A DNA stretch of 64,000 nt from Candidatus Omnitrophota bacterium. GTDB taxonomy: Bacteria; Omnitrophota; Gorgyraeia; 1-14-0-20-64-10. The stretch lies in assembly GCA_023248155.1 (NCBI GenBank), contig JAHFFE010000008.1, positions 6,515 through 70,514 of the forward strand. Direction: 5' to 3'. Position 1 is the first letter of the stretch. Every line of letters begins with the position of its first letter. Positions 51,669-60,598 of the stretch are shown here, piece by piece. The notes under the pieces were generated by a model. It ran no database searches, was not told where the DNA came from, and saw nothing but the letters and a program-made list of their open reading frames with translations. Both the position numbers and the translations under genes were made by a program.

Positions 51669-54122
51669 ATGCCTAACAAACGGTTTTTTATCGGCCTGAT
51701 TATTTTGGGAGCCGCGGCGCTGACGGTGTCGGCTGCTTCGGCCGCGGAGCCTGATTTTTGGTCCCGCTTGAAACAGGCGGTCCGTTCGACCGTTTCCCCT
51801 CAAAAAACCGAACAGAAAAAGCCCGAAACAGTTGTCCCGGCGCCGCCCGCTCCGATTGTAAAAAAACCGGCGGTCCGCGAACCGCCTCCCAAAATGCTCG
51901 TTGACGATTTTGAAATCGGCGAAACGCACGGCATTTTCAAGGAACGCAAGAACCGCATCGACGCGTTCCAGGGCACCTGGGCCAAGCCGCCTTCCTACGC
52001 GCTGATCACGAAAGTTCCCGATACGCGGCCCGGCTATTCCGGCAACTCACTGCGCATTGAATTCAACAAGCAGGGCGGCTGGTGCGGCTGGTACACGCTG
52101 CTCAACGGCATCGATGTTTCCGGCTGCAACGCGCTGACGTTCTGGGTCAAGGGCGAGCATGGCGGCGAACGGTTCGACATCGGTCTTTCCGACGACCGGA
52201 TGCAGGAGATGGAGGTCGATTCCATTTATCTGGGCGCCGTAAATACCTATCTGCCCGACGGCGTGACGACCGAATGGCAAAAAGTACGCGTGCCGCTGGA
52301 GGCGATCCGCTCCGAAATAAATTTAAAGAAGATGGGCTGTCTGGTTTTCTGGTTCCGCTATGAGAGCCACAGCGCCATTCAGATCGACGATATCGGCTTT
52401 GATAATGATCCCGAGGTTGAACGGATTCAGAAGGAAAATACTCCGCGCGCCGAACCCGATCCGCGCGCGCCGCGTGCTCTCTGGGTATGGAAGTATGACC
52501 TGGTCAACCAGCCGCAAGTGCGCGCCGACTGGTTCCCGTTTTTTGAACAGACGGCGATCCGAACGATTTACCTCTACATGGGCGAGGAGCCGGTCAGCCA
52601 CTGGCCTTCTGACCAGCAGAAAAATCTGGCACAGTTTTTGAAAGAGGCCCACGCCCGCAAATTGGAAGTGCACGCACTGCAGGGCAACCCGCTCTGGGCC
52701 TTAAAAACGATGCACCCGAAAGTGATCGCCTGGATCAGCGGGTTCCTCGATTTTAACGCCGCGCACTCGCCGGAAGAACGGATCGACGGCATCCATATGG
52801 ACATTGAGCCGTACCTCACCCAGGAATGGGAAACCGGCGACCGCGACCGCCTGAAAAAAGAGTTTCTGGAACTGCTCGATCTCTGCCGCCAGTTGATTGA
52901 CAAAAAAGCGGTGGCCACCGACCGCCCCTGGGCCGTCGGGCCGATGGCCAAAAAACCGTTTGTGATGGGGCTGGCCATTCCGCTGTTTTATGATCAGGAA
53001 CCGGAAATGGAAGAAAAACTGCTCAGCTACCTCGATTATGCCGCGCTGATGGATTATTACGATTCGTCCCGCGACATCATTGCCGAGGGTTGGCCGCACA
53101 TTAAGCGCGCTCAAAAAGCCGGCGTTCAGATGGTTGTCGGCGTCGAGACGCAGGACCTGGTCCAGATGAACCAGGGCAAGCGCCGCAACACTTTTTTTGA
53201 AGAAGGCTGGGAAGAGATGGAACGCGACATCGCCCGGACGATCGGCGCGTTCGCCGGTAATCCCAGTTTTGCCGGCATCGCGGTCCATTGCGATTACTCC
53301 TACCGCAGCCTCCAGCGCGGCCGCAATGTTCCGACGCACGAACGGTCCGGGAAAATTCCGCGTATTGCCGCCGATCTGGGCAATAAAAAAATTTCCATCG
53401 ATGGAGATCTGTCCGAATGGGCCGACGCGAAATGGATGAAAGTCGACCAGCGCGAGCAGGTGGTTTACGGCGTCGGCGCTTGGGGCTGGGCGCAGGATAT
53501 GTCGTACAAGGCGGCCGTCCGCTGGGAACCGAAAGCGCTGTTTTTGGCGCTGGATGTGACCGACAACCAGGTTGTTCAGGAGAAAGCGGATAAAGATCTT
53601 TGGGAGGGGGACCATTTCGAGCTCTGGCTTGACGCCGATCTTTATGAGGATTACAGCGAAGCCGTTAACTCCGCCGATGATTTCCAGATCGGCATCAGTC
53701 CGGGTAATTTTAAAAATCTGCCGCCCCAGGTCTATGTCTGGGTGCCGTCCGTTTCACCTGAATCGGCCGCGCTCGTGCAGATTGCCGCCAAGCCGAAATC
53801 GCCCGACGCAAAAAACAAATCGGGCGGCTATACCATCGAACTGCGCATCCCGGTTGCGTTCTTATTCCAGAATATCCAGAAGCGCGTCGGTGTCGATCCG
53901 GGTGAGGTGAGCGCGCCGCGCGGCGTTACGCTCGAGTCAATGGTGCTGAATATCGGCTGTTTGGAGGCCGGCGAGTTGAAGCCCGGTTTCAAACTCGGCA
54001 TGATGATTGACGGGTCCGACACCGATAATCCATCCCAGCCGCAGAAATGTCTGCTCTCCACTTCGGTGGAACGGCAGTGGGGAGACCCGACTACGTTTAA
54101 CATTGTGGAGCTGGAAGAATGA
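51669..54122 (+). CDS. Secreted CBM11-like + DxE TIM-barrel glycosidase-like + CBM9/DOMON-like sugar-binding protein
   Basis: Signal peptide; VDDFE...GGWCGWY...LTFWVKGEHGGE...WQKVRVPL (CBM11/CIA30-like); LWVW...DGIHMDIEPY; IDGDLSEW...VTD...WEGDHFEL...YTIELRIP (CBM9-like). Confidence 0.8.
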   Translation: MPNKRFFIGLIILGAAALTVSAASAAEPDFWSRLKQAVRSTVSPQKTEQKKPETVVPAPPAPIVKKPAVREPPPKMLVDDFEIGETHGIFKERKNRIDAFQGTWAKPPSYALITKVPDTRPGYSGNSLRIEFNKQGGWCGWYTLLNGIDVSGCNALTFWVKGEHGGERFDIGLSDDRMQEMEVDSIYLGAVNTYLPDGVTTEWQKVRVPLEAIRSEINLKKMGCLVFWFRYESHSAIQIDDIGFDNDPEVERIQKENTPRAEPDPRAPRALWVWKYDLVNQPQVRADWFPFFEQTAIRTIYLYMGEEPVSHWPSDQQKNLAQFLKEAHARKLEVHALQGNPLWALKTMHPKVIAWISGFLDFNAAHSPEERIDGIHMDIEPYLTQEWETGDRDRLKKEFLELLDLCRQLIDKKAVATDRPWAVGPMAKKPFVMGLAIPLFYDQEPEMEEKLLSYLDYAALMDYYDSSRDIIAEGWPHIKRAQKAGVQMVVGVETQDLVQMNQGKRRNTFFEEGWEEMERDIARTIGAFAGNPSFAGIAVHCDYSYRSLQRGRNVPTHERSGKIPRIAADLGNKKISIDGDLSEWADAKWMKVDQREQVVYGVGAWGWAQDMSYKAAVRWEPKALFLALDVTDNQVVQEKADKDLWEGDHFELWLDADLYEDYSEAVNSADDFQIGISPGNFKNLPPQVYVWVPSVSPESAALVQIAAKPKSPDAKNKSGGYTIELRIPVAFLFQNIQKRVGVDPGEVSAPRGVTLESMVLNIGCLEAGELKPGFKLGMMIDGSDTDNPSQPQKCLLSTSVERQWGDPTTFNIVELEE

Positions 54123-55315
54123 ACAAGCAGTCATTGCGCAATGACATGTTCTTCGTTCTCGTTTTATGCTTAATGCTGTGCGCCACCCCTGTTTTTGCCG
54201 CCGAGGTCTCCGTTAGAGACGTCCCGGCATTCCCGGAGGGTACCGCCATTCTTCCGATTGAACAACCGCGCATGCAGCGCGGCCGGTTTGGCGCCTATGC
54301 GATGAGTCCCTCAAAAATGGGTATTTTCCCGGACTTCAAAATAGCAAAACGGCCGGGGTCGTCGGTGGAACCGATGTATGTCCGCTTTCGCAAAGAACCG
54401 GGGCCCTCTTTTTGCGGTTCTTACTGGATTATTGCCGGCGATTTGCGCAAATACGCCACGCTGACCTTCTGGATCCGCGGCGAGCGCGGCGGCGAGAATT
54501 TTGAAATCGGCCTCAATGACTTAATCGCCAGCCGCCGCGAAGATGCGATCATGGGAGGCTCCATTTACCGGTATCTTCCGGGCGGCATCACCAAAGAATG
54601 GCAGCAGGTGAAAATTCCGCTCGAAGATTTTTTCGGCGCCGATTTTTCCCGCATACACAGCCTTGTTTTTTCGTTCTCTGATCCGGGGGAGGGAGCGCTC
54701 TGGATCGACGGCTTTGTTTTCCATGAAGAAGCGCTGGTCCAGCGGGAGGACGAAATCATCCGATCGGGCGAACTGCTGCTGGACAACTTCGACCACAGTG
54801 ATTTGAACCTGCTGGGCCGCAAAACCAACGCTTACAAAAAAACACCGTCGTTTTGCGCGGCCAGCCGTGTTGAGAAACCGCGCCGTGGAAACCAGGGCCG
54901 CTCGTTGCGCCTCGATTATGATAAGCAGTCGACCGGGTGGGCCGGTTATTTTTCGCTGTTTAACCAGATTGACGGCGCTTATTACGATTTAAGCCAATTT
55001 AAGGAGATCCGTTTCTGGGTCCGCGGCGCGCGCGGTAAGGAGGTTTTTGATGTCGGCATGGCCGACCGTTCCTGGTTGACTATTGGTGATTCGGTCAAAT
55101 GTGGTACAATAGATAAATACTTAAAAAAAGGCGTCACAAAAGATTGGCAGGAAGTAGTAATTCCGTTTAAAGATTTTGGCAAATTAGATTGGTCACAAAT
55201 GGGTTCTTTTGTGGTAAATTTCTCTAGGCCGGCAAAAGGAACCCTTTTTGTGGATGATGTCCGGGTGATTCGGAAATCGGACGAAGAACTGCTGAAGGAG
55301 TGGGATAAACAATGA
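54119..55315 (+). CDS. Secreted protein with two CBM11-like domains
   Basis: Signal peptide; two copies of FW(I/V)RGxxGxExFxxG...WQxVxIP...D; ATGA overlap with upstream gene. Confidence 0.8.
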   Translation: MNKQSLRNDMFFVLVLCLMLCATPVFAAEVSVRDVPAFPEGTAILPIEQPRMQRGRFGAYAMSPSKMGIFPDFKIAKRPGSSVEPMYVRFRKEPGPSFCGSYWIIAGDLRKYATLTFWIRGERGGENFEIGLNDLIASRREDAIMGGSIYRYLPGGITKEWQQVKIPLEDFFGADFSRIHSLVFSFSDPGEGALWIDGFVFHEEALVQREDEIIRSGELLLDNFDHSDLNLLGRKTNAYKKTPSFCAASRVEKPRRGNQGRSLRLDYDKQSTGWAGYFSLFNQIDGAYYDLSQFKEIRFWVRGARGKEVFDVGMADRSWLTIGDSVKCGTIDKYLKKGVTKDWQEVVIPFKDFGKLDWSQMGSFVVNFSRPAKGTLFVDDVRVIRKSDEELLKEWDKQ

Positions 55316-55923
55316 AAATAAAGCGGGTCCTGGTTTTGGTTCTGGTTCTTTTTTTTCTGTCGGGACCTCTTCGCGCGTCGGCCGACTCCGTTTTGGTGGA
55401 TGATTTCGAGCAGGAAGCGGCTAATAAGGTAGGCGGGCGCACCAACAGCTATGTGATGGCGCCCTCGCGCGTGCTGGCGCTGCGCGTCACCGAGAACGCG
55501 CACGGCGGCAAAAAAGCGCTGGTGCTCAAATACGATAAGAAGGGCACCGGCGGTCCGTACGATTCCGGCGGGTGGTGTGGTTATTACACCATGCTGAAAG
55601 TCGGTTCGCGTTATTACGACGCTTCCGGCGCGAAAGCGATTTCGTTCTGGGTGCGCGGCGACCGGGAAGACGAAAATTTCGTGATTGGCCTTTCCGACAA
55701 ACATTGGGATGAGCTGGGTGATTCGGTCAAATCAGAGCCGGTGGTGCAGTATCTTCCGGCCGGAAAGATCACCAAAGAGTGGCAGAAAGCGACGGTTCCG
55801 CTCAGCGCGTTTATGCTGGAAGCCAAGGAACTGGCCTCGATCGCGATCTGTTTTGAAGGATCGATTTATCCCGGCGGTGAATCGCGGGGAACGGTGTACA
55901 TCGACGACTTGATGTTGGAGTAG
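55312..55923 (+). CDS. Secreted single CBM11-like domain protein
   Basis: Signal peptide; LVDDFE, GGWCGYY, SFWVRG, WQKATVPL, VYIDD. Confidence 0.82.
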   Translation: MKIKRVLVLVLVLFFLSGPLRASADSVLVDDFEQEAANKVGGRTNSYVMAPSRVLALRVTENAHGGKKALVLKYDKKGTGGPYDSGGWCGYYTMLKVGSRYYDASGAKAISFWVRGDREDENFVIGLSDKHWDELGDSVKSEPVVQYLPAGKITKEWQKATVPLSAFMLEAKELASIAICFEGSIYPGGESRGTVYIDDLMLE

Positions 55924-55966
55924 GGGTTATGGCATATTTAGAGTGGGTCAAGAGGAGGGAACTAAA

Positions 55967-56629
55967 ATGAAGAAAATGATTTGGGCAGTTTCTCTGCTGG
56001 TGCTGACGATGACCGCTTCCGCGTTCGCCGCTCCGGTGCTGGTGGACGATTTCGATCACGAAGATGGAGCCAAGAACTCGCTGGGCAACCGTGCCAATGT
56101 GTTCATAAAAGCTCCGTCCAAGGCAATGGTCACCGCCCGCAAGGAAACGGTGCAGGGCAAGCCGACGCAGGTGTTGATGCTTAAGTATGACAAGCGCAAC
56201 AGCGGCGGCCCGTTTGATTCGGGTGGGTGGTGCGGTTATTACACGCTGCTGAAGTCGGCCGCCGCGCTGGTGGCTCCGACGCCGCAGAATCCGAACCCGC
56301 CTGCCGGTACCGACAAGTACCTCGATGCCAGCGGGTTCAAGGATCTCAGCTTCTGGGTCCGCGGTGAGAAGGGCGATGAGAATTTCGTCGTCGGTGTTTC
56401 TGACCGGCAGTGGGACAAGCTGGGTGATTCGGTCAAGTCCGAGGAGATCGGCAAATATCTGCCGGCCGGCAAATTGACCAAGGATTGGCAAAAGGCGACC
56501 ATTCCGCTGAGTGAGTTCTTCATCGATCACTCGCAGTTGGCCGCGGTCTCCATCGTGTTTGAAGGAGACCTGTTTCCTGAAACCGGACACCAGGGTACGA
56601 TCTACATCGATAACGTCGAGCTCGAGTGA
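55967..56629 (+). CDS. Secreted single CBM11-like domain protein, close paralog of the preceding gene
   Basis: ATG 55967 with GAGGAGG RBS; signal peptide ending AFA; shares YDK..GGP.DSGGWCGYYT and GDSVKSE with 55312. Confidence 0.85.
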   Translation: MKKMIWAVSLLVLTMTASAFAAPVLVDDFDHEDGAKNSLGNRANVFIKAPSKAMVTARKETVQGKPTQVLMLKYDKRNSGGPFDSGGWCGYYTLLKSAAALVAPTPQNPNPPAGTDKYLDASGFKDLSFWVRGEKGDENFVVGVSDRQWDKLGDSVKSEEIGKYLPAGKLTKDWQKATIPLSEFFIDHSQLAAVSIVFEGDLFPETGHQGTIYIDNVELE

Positions 56630-57606
56630 ATCGTTCTTTAAGAACGGGGGGTTTCTGGTTTAAGAGAGCCCTGACGGCCGTTGTGCTGTCAGGGCTTTTT
56701 TCTTTGTTTGGCATCGGCGCGGTGGGGCCGTCCTTCGTTGGCGCCGAGGAATCCTCCGAGGCCGATGCTGCCGCGGCGCCGAAAGTCAGCGCGATCTGGG
56801 TCTGGGACGCGCGCATCGTGGTGGTCGACGCGGCGCGCGCGGGTCTGCTGGCGTTTTGCCGAAAGCACAAGGTGAATATGATTTATCTTTCGGCGTACGA
56901 TCTGCGTCCGCCGATGGATGAATCGTACCGCACGTTCAACGTCGACGCGCACCGAAACGGAATTACCGTGCAGGCGCTGGCCGGCGATCCGCGCTGGGGA
57001 AAAACGCAGTATCACCATATTCCGATGCAGTGGATCGAATCGGTGCTTCAGTTTAACCGCCAATCCAACCCGCAGCAGCGCTTCGACGGCATTCACGCCG
57101 ACGTCGAGCCCTACTTGCTCTCAAAGAGTTGGAAAGAACAGCCGGCCGCTCTGCTGGGCGGGTACCTCGACCTGCAGTCCAAAGTGATGGGTCAGGTGCG
57201 CGGGCAGGGCGTTTCCTACGGCGTCGATATTCCGTTCTGGTTTGATGATGACACCAATTACCGCATTGAATGGCAGAGCCAGATCAAAACACCGACTCAG
57301 CATATCCTCGACACCGTCGACTCGATTACCGTGATGGCCTACCGCAATTTCGCGGAAGGCGACGATGGCACGGTTCACCTGGTTGCGCTGGAGCTGGAGT
57401 ACGGCGACAAGGTCGGCAAGAAAGTGATCATCGGCCAGGAAACTCAGCCCGACATGTTCCCGGCCTATATTTCTTTCGGCGGTACCTCTTATAAAAAACT
57501 GGTTGAGGAACTGGCCAAGATTGAAGGGGCTGTCGGCGGACGTTCCAGTTTCGGCGGTTTCGCGATCCACCATTACGACAGTTACCGGAAACTCTGCGGT
57601 GAATGA
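56626..57606 (+). CDS. Secreted DxE TIM-barrel glycosidase-like protein
   Basis: GTGA overlap; signal peptide; IWVWD...ALAGDPRW...DGIHADVEPY...IPFWF...VMAYRN...GQET. Confidence 0.78.
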   Translation: MNRSLRTGGFWFKRALTAVVLSGLFSLFGIGAVGPSFVGAEESSEADAAAAPKVSAIWVWDARIVVVDAARAGLLAFCRKHKVNMIYLSAYDLRPPMDESYRTFNVDAHRNGITVQALAGDPRWGKTQYHHIPMQWIESVLQFNRQSNPQQRFDGIHADVEPYLLSKSWKEQPAALLGGYLDLQSKVMGQVRGQGVSYGVDIPFWFDDDTNYRIEWQSQIKTPTQHILDTVDSITVMAYRNFAEGDDGTVHLVALELEYGDKVGKKVIIGQETQPDMFPAYISFGGTSYKKLVEELAKIEGAVGGRSSFGGFAIHHYDSYRKLCGE

Positions 57607-57607
57607 G

Positions 57608-58597
57608 ATGAGCAGACACGCCCAGCCACGGGTCCTGCCGCTCGGGGACACTCTCCGCCGTCCGTGCTCGCTTCGCTGCGCGCGTGGCGGCAGAGGCCTC
57701 TCCCGCCCGCGTCACCCCTGGCTTGGGGCTTCGTTGTTTCTTTTTCTTGGTTTTTTTCTGGCTCTTCCGTTGGCGCACGCTGATGTAGTTTACGATGCTC
57801 AGGGCAACAGCATGACCGGCCTTGTGGTTGAAGAACACCGCGACCGTATTCTATTCAACACCGAGCAGGGAGAAAAAACGGTGTTGCGCACGCAGATCGC
57901 CGATATTTTCTATTCCGAACCGGAACGCAACCAGTTTTACCTCGGCAATCAGGCCATTCAGGACGGCGATTACAATTCGGCGCGTGTTTTTTTTATGAAA
58001 GCGCTGCAAATCAACCCGCAATTTTCCGAAGCCGGCGATGCGCTGCAGCGGCTGAAAGACCTTCAGGAAAAAGGAACGCTGTCGCTGGCCGACGCTAATC
58101 CGGTTCGGCTGCTGGAGACCCTCTGGGGCGTCCAACTGCAGGAGGGCGGCACCGGCGCGGTGGTCTTCGCGGTGGAGTCCGGCTCGTTCGGCGATCGGAT
58201 CGGGTTAAAAGCCGGCGACCGTTTAATCGCTTATTGGGGAGAGTCTCTGCTGTATCTGCCGGCCCAGGAAGTGGCGTCGGCCATGCTGGGGAGCGCCGGA
58301 ACAACACTGAAGCTGACGCTTCAGCGCCGCCTGGTGCTTGATCCGGAGCCGGAGCTTGCGATTCCCTGGCCCGGCATGAAGGTCGACATTACGCGGTTGG
58401 GATGGACGGTGCTTTCGATCGATTCCGTCGGGCCGTCGGTGAAAGCCGGGTTTTTAGCCGGCGACCGGATCGTCAAGGTGGATGGCCAGTCAACGCGGTA
58501 TATGCCGCTTTCCAAAATTAATGGGACTATTCAGTCGGCCAAAATCCGCGGTATGAGCGCTTTTATCGAGCGGGATTTAACGGTGGTACGGGAATAA
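57608..58597 (+). CDS. Secreted TPR + double PDZ domain protein
   Basis: ATG 57608; signal h-region ending AHA; TPR (YLGNQAIQDGDYNSARVFFMKALQINP); two PDZ motifs (GLKAGDRLI, GFLAGDRIVKVDG). Confidence 0.8.
   Translation: MSRHAQPRVLPLGDTLRRPCSLRCARGGRGLSRPRHPWLGASLFLFLGFFLALPLAHADVVYDAQGNSMTGLVVEEHRDRILFNTEQGEKTVLRTQIADIFYSEPERNQFYLGNQAIQDGDYNSARVFFMKALQINPQFSEAGDALQRLKDLQEKGTLSLADANPVRLLETLWGVQLQEGGTGAVVFAVESGSFGDRIGLKAGDRLIAYWGESLLYLPAQEVASAMLGSAGTTLKLTLQRRLVLDPEPELAIPWPGMKVDITRLGWTVLSIDSVGPSVKAGFLAGDRIVKVDGQSTRYMPLSKINGTIQSAKIRGMSAFIERDLTVVRE
57620..57729. repeat. GC-rich imperfect palindrome within the N-terminal coding region
   Basis: GCCCAGCCACGGGT pairs with ACCCCTGGCTTGGGGC, plus an inner CTCTCCGCC/GGCGGCAGAG stem; CCGTGCTCGC is shared with the element at 62708. 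Confidence 0.55.
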
Positions 58598-58613
58598 ATG
58601 AGGAGCCTAATTC

Positions 58614-59183
58614 ATGTCCGCCAAATTTAAACGAACGCATTACATCAACGATATCGGGCTTCAATTCCGGTATATGGGCGCTACACTGCTGGTTCTGGTT
58701 TTATTTCTTGCGATCGCGATGGCCGTGGTTTATTTCACCGGCTGGACCGAGCTGGTTCAGCGGCTCTCGGCCATTTATCCGCAGGGGCGCCTGGTCGAAA
58801 TTCTTCAGAAGATCTATCTGCGCCTGTTCGCCGGATTTCTGCTGCTGGTACCGGTGGTGATCATTCTCACGCTCTACCTGTCGCACACGATCGCCGGTCC
58901 GCTGGTGCGGATCAAGCGGTATCTGCGGCTGATGGCCAAGGGTGATTTTGATCTGGCTCCGATCGTGCTTCGTCCCGGAGACGAGTTGAAAGATGTCGCC
59001 GAACTGGTCAACGAAGTGACCGCTAAAATGGGGCCTCGTTCGCAGGAACGAAAGCGGTTGGTGGAATCGCTGAAGGAGACCGCGCAAGCATTGCGCGCCG
59101 ACCTGCAGAAGCTTCCATCGGCGGGGCAGGAGATCCAGCGCAAAATCAATACCCTCAACGATATGCTGAAGATGCTCGAATGA
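58614..59183 (+). CDS. Two-TM HAMP-domain membrane protein
   Basis: Two TM helices, then SHTIAGPLVRI...MAKGD...DELKDVAELVN (HAMP); AGGAG RBS. Confidence 0.8.
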   Translation: MSAKFKRTHYINDIGLQFRYMGATLLVLVLFLAIAMAVVYFTGWTELVQRLSAIYPQGRLVEILQKIYLRLFAGFLLLVPVVIILTLYLSHTIAGPLVRIKRYLRLMAKGDFDLAPIVLRPGDELKDVAELVNEVTAKMGPRSQERKRLVESLKETAQALRADLQKLPSAGQEIQRKINTLNDMLKMLE

Positions 59184-59722
59184 AAAAGAAAATCGCACTG
59201 CTTCTGCTGATGGCGGTTGTCTTTCCGTATTCCGTTGCTGTTGCCGTGCAGTCCCGGGAAGAGGCGAAAGATACCGATTCGGACGGAAAACCCGATGAAT
59301 GGCGCATTTATGATGGGGAAACGCTGGTCCGCATCGAGCGCGACCGCAACCATGACGGCCACCGGGAAGTGGTGGTTTTTATGGAGGGCGGCAAGCCGGT
59401 CCGCTCCGAAGTCGACCGCAACGGAGACGGCAATCCGGACCTGGTCCGGTTTCTTAAGGCCGGCATGCCGGAACGGGAGCAGGCCGACCAGAATTTTGAC
59501 GGAAAACCGGATGCCTGGATCTTCTATAAGGAAGGGATCAAAGACCTATTGATCATGGATAAGAATTTTGACGGCCGGCCGGATGCCTGGTTTTATTACG
59601 GCCAGGCCGGTCTGAAGCTGGTCGCCGGAAAGATCGACGAAAATTTTGACGGAAAAATTGACCGTTCGTTTGGCGCTCTGCCGGCCGACGAATCCCGAAA
59701 GCCCTGGGCAAGCCAGCCATAG
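59180..59722 (+). CDS. Secreted protein with DxDxDGxxD (Ca-binding-like) repeats
   Basis: Signal peptide; repeats DTDSDGKPD, DRNHDG, DRNGDGNPD, DQNFDGKPD, DKNFDGRPD, DENFDGKID. Confidence 0.8.
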   Translation: MKKKIALLLLMAVVFPYSVAVAVQSREEAKDTDSDGKPDEWRIYDGETLVRIERDRNHDGHREVVVFMEGGKPVRSEVDRNGDGNPDLVRFLKAGMPEREQADQNFDGKPDAWIFYKEGIKDLLIMDKNFDGRPDAWFYYGQAGLKLVAGKIDENFDGKIDRSFGALPADESRKPWASQP

Positions 59723-59725
59723 GTA

Positions 59726-59754
59726 TTGACCCTGTTTCCTTGGAGTGATAAAAT
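59726..59754 (+). promoter_or_regulatory. Sigma70 promoter of the nagB unit
   Basis: TTGACC (59726-31), 17-nt spacer, TGn-TAAAAT (59749-54); AGGAGG RBS at 59795. Confidence 0.75.
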
Positions 59755-59811
59755 AGCCTTTCTCTCGTAACAACATCTTTGAATTACACATAACAGGAGG
59801 AGTATTTTCCA

Positions 59812-60579
59812 ATGGAAGTTGTAATTAAGTCGTCTGCTGAAGAAATGTCAAAATTATCCGCGGAATTGATCGCCGATGTGGTCCGCCACAAGCCGCGCGC
59901 GATTTTGGGCCTGGCCACCGGTTCGACGCCGCTGGGAACCTACAAGGAACTGATCCGCCTTCACAAAGAAGAAGGACTGGACTTTTCCCGCGTCAGCACC
60001 TTCAACCTCGACGAGTATGTCGGGTTGACGCACGATCATCCGCAGAGCTACCACTACTTCATGTGGGAGAACCTCTTTAAGCATATCAACATCAATCCGA
60101 AGAATGTCCATATTCCGGACGGCACCTCGAAGGATGTTCCGGGCTTCTGCCGCTGGTACGAAGAGCAGATCGTCAAGGCCGGCGGACTCGATGTCCAGTT
60201 GCTCGGCATTGGCAGCAACGGACATATCGCGTTCAACGAGCCCGGCTCGTCCCTCGGATCCCGCACGCGCGTCAAGACGCTCGATGAAGGAACCCGCAAG
60301 GACAACGCCCGGTTCTTCAAGACCATGGAAGAAGTACCCAAATACGCGATCACGATGGGAATCGGCACGATCATGGATTCCCGTCAGTTGATTCTTTTGG
60401 CCACCGGCGCTGGCAAGGCCGACGCGATCGCGAAGACCTGCGAAGGTCCGATCACCGCGTTGGTTCCGGCGACGATTGTTCAGCTCCACCCGAAAGCGAC
60501 TATTGTCGTGGACAAACCGGCTTCGACGAAATTGACCCGGGAATACCCGGCCGAGCCGAGCGTCCTGGTTTTGTCGTAA
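59812..60579 (+). CDS. nagB: Glucosamine-6-phosphate deaminase
   Basis: LGLATGSTP, TFNLDEYVGL, HPQSYHYFM, LGIGSNGHIAFNEPG, AITMGIGTI. Confidence 0.97.
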   Translation: MEVVIKSSAEEMSKLSAELIADVVRHKPRAILGLATGSTPLGTYKELIRLHKEEGLDFSRVSTFNLDEYVGLTHDHPQSYHYFMWENLFKHININPKNVHIPDGTSKDVPGFCRWYEEQIVKAGGLDVQLLGIGSNGHIAFNEPGSSLGSRTRVKTLDEGTRKDNARFFKTMEEVPKYAITMGIGTIMDSRQLILLATGAGKADAIAKTCEGPITALVPATIVQLHPKATIVVDKPASTKLTREYPAEPSVLVLS

Positions 60580-60598
60580 GGGAAGGGAGAACAATCCG

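Noticed and set aside
55076-55250. AT-rich patch with TGGTACAAT inside the double-CBM gene, as an internal promoter or recombination patch
   Set aside because: The TTGACT-TACAAT spacing is too long (23 nt) and the protein motif is intact; evidence is insufficient.
56737-56755. VGAEE in the untagged TIM-barrel gene
   Set aside because: It falls at the ordinary signal-peptidase site, with no LR leader and no C-terminal tail.
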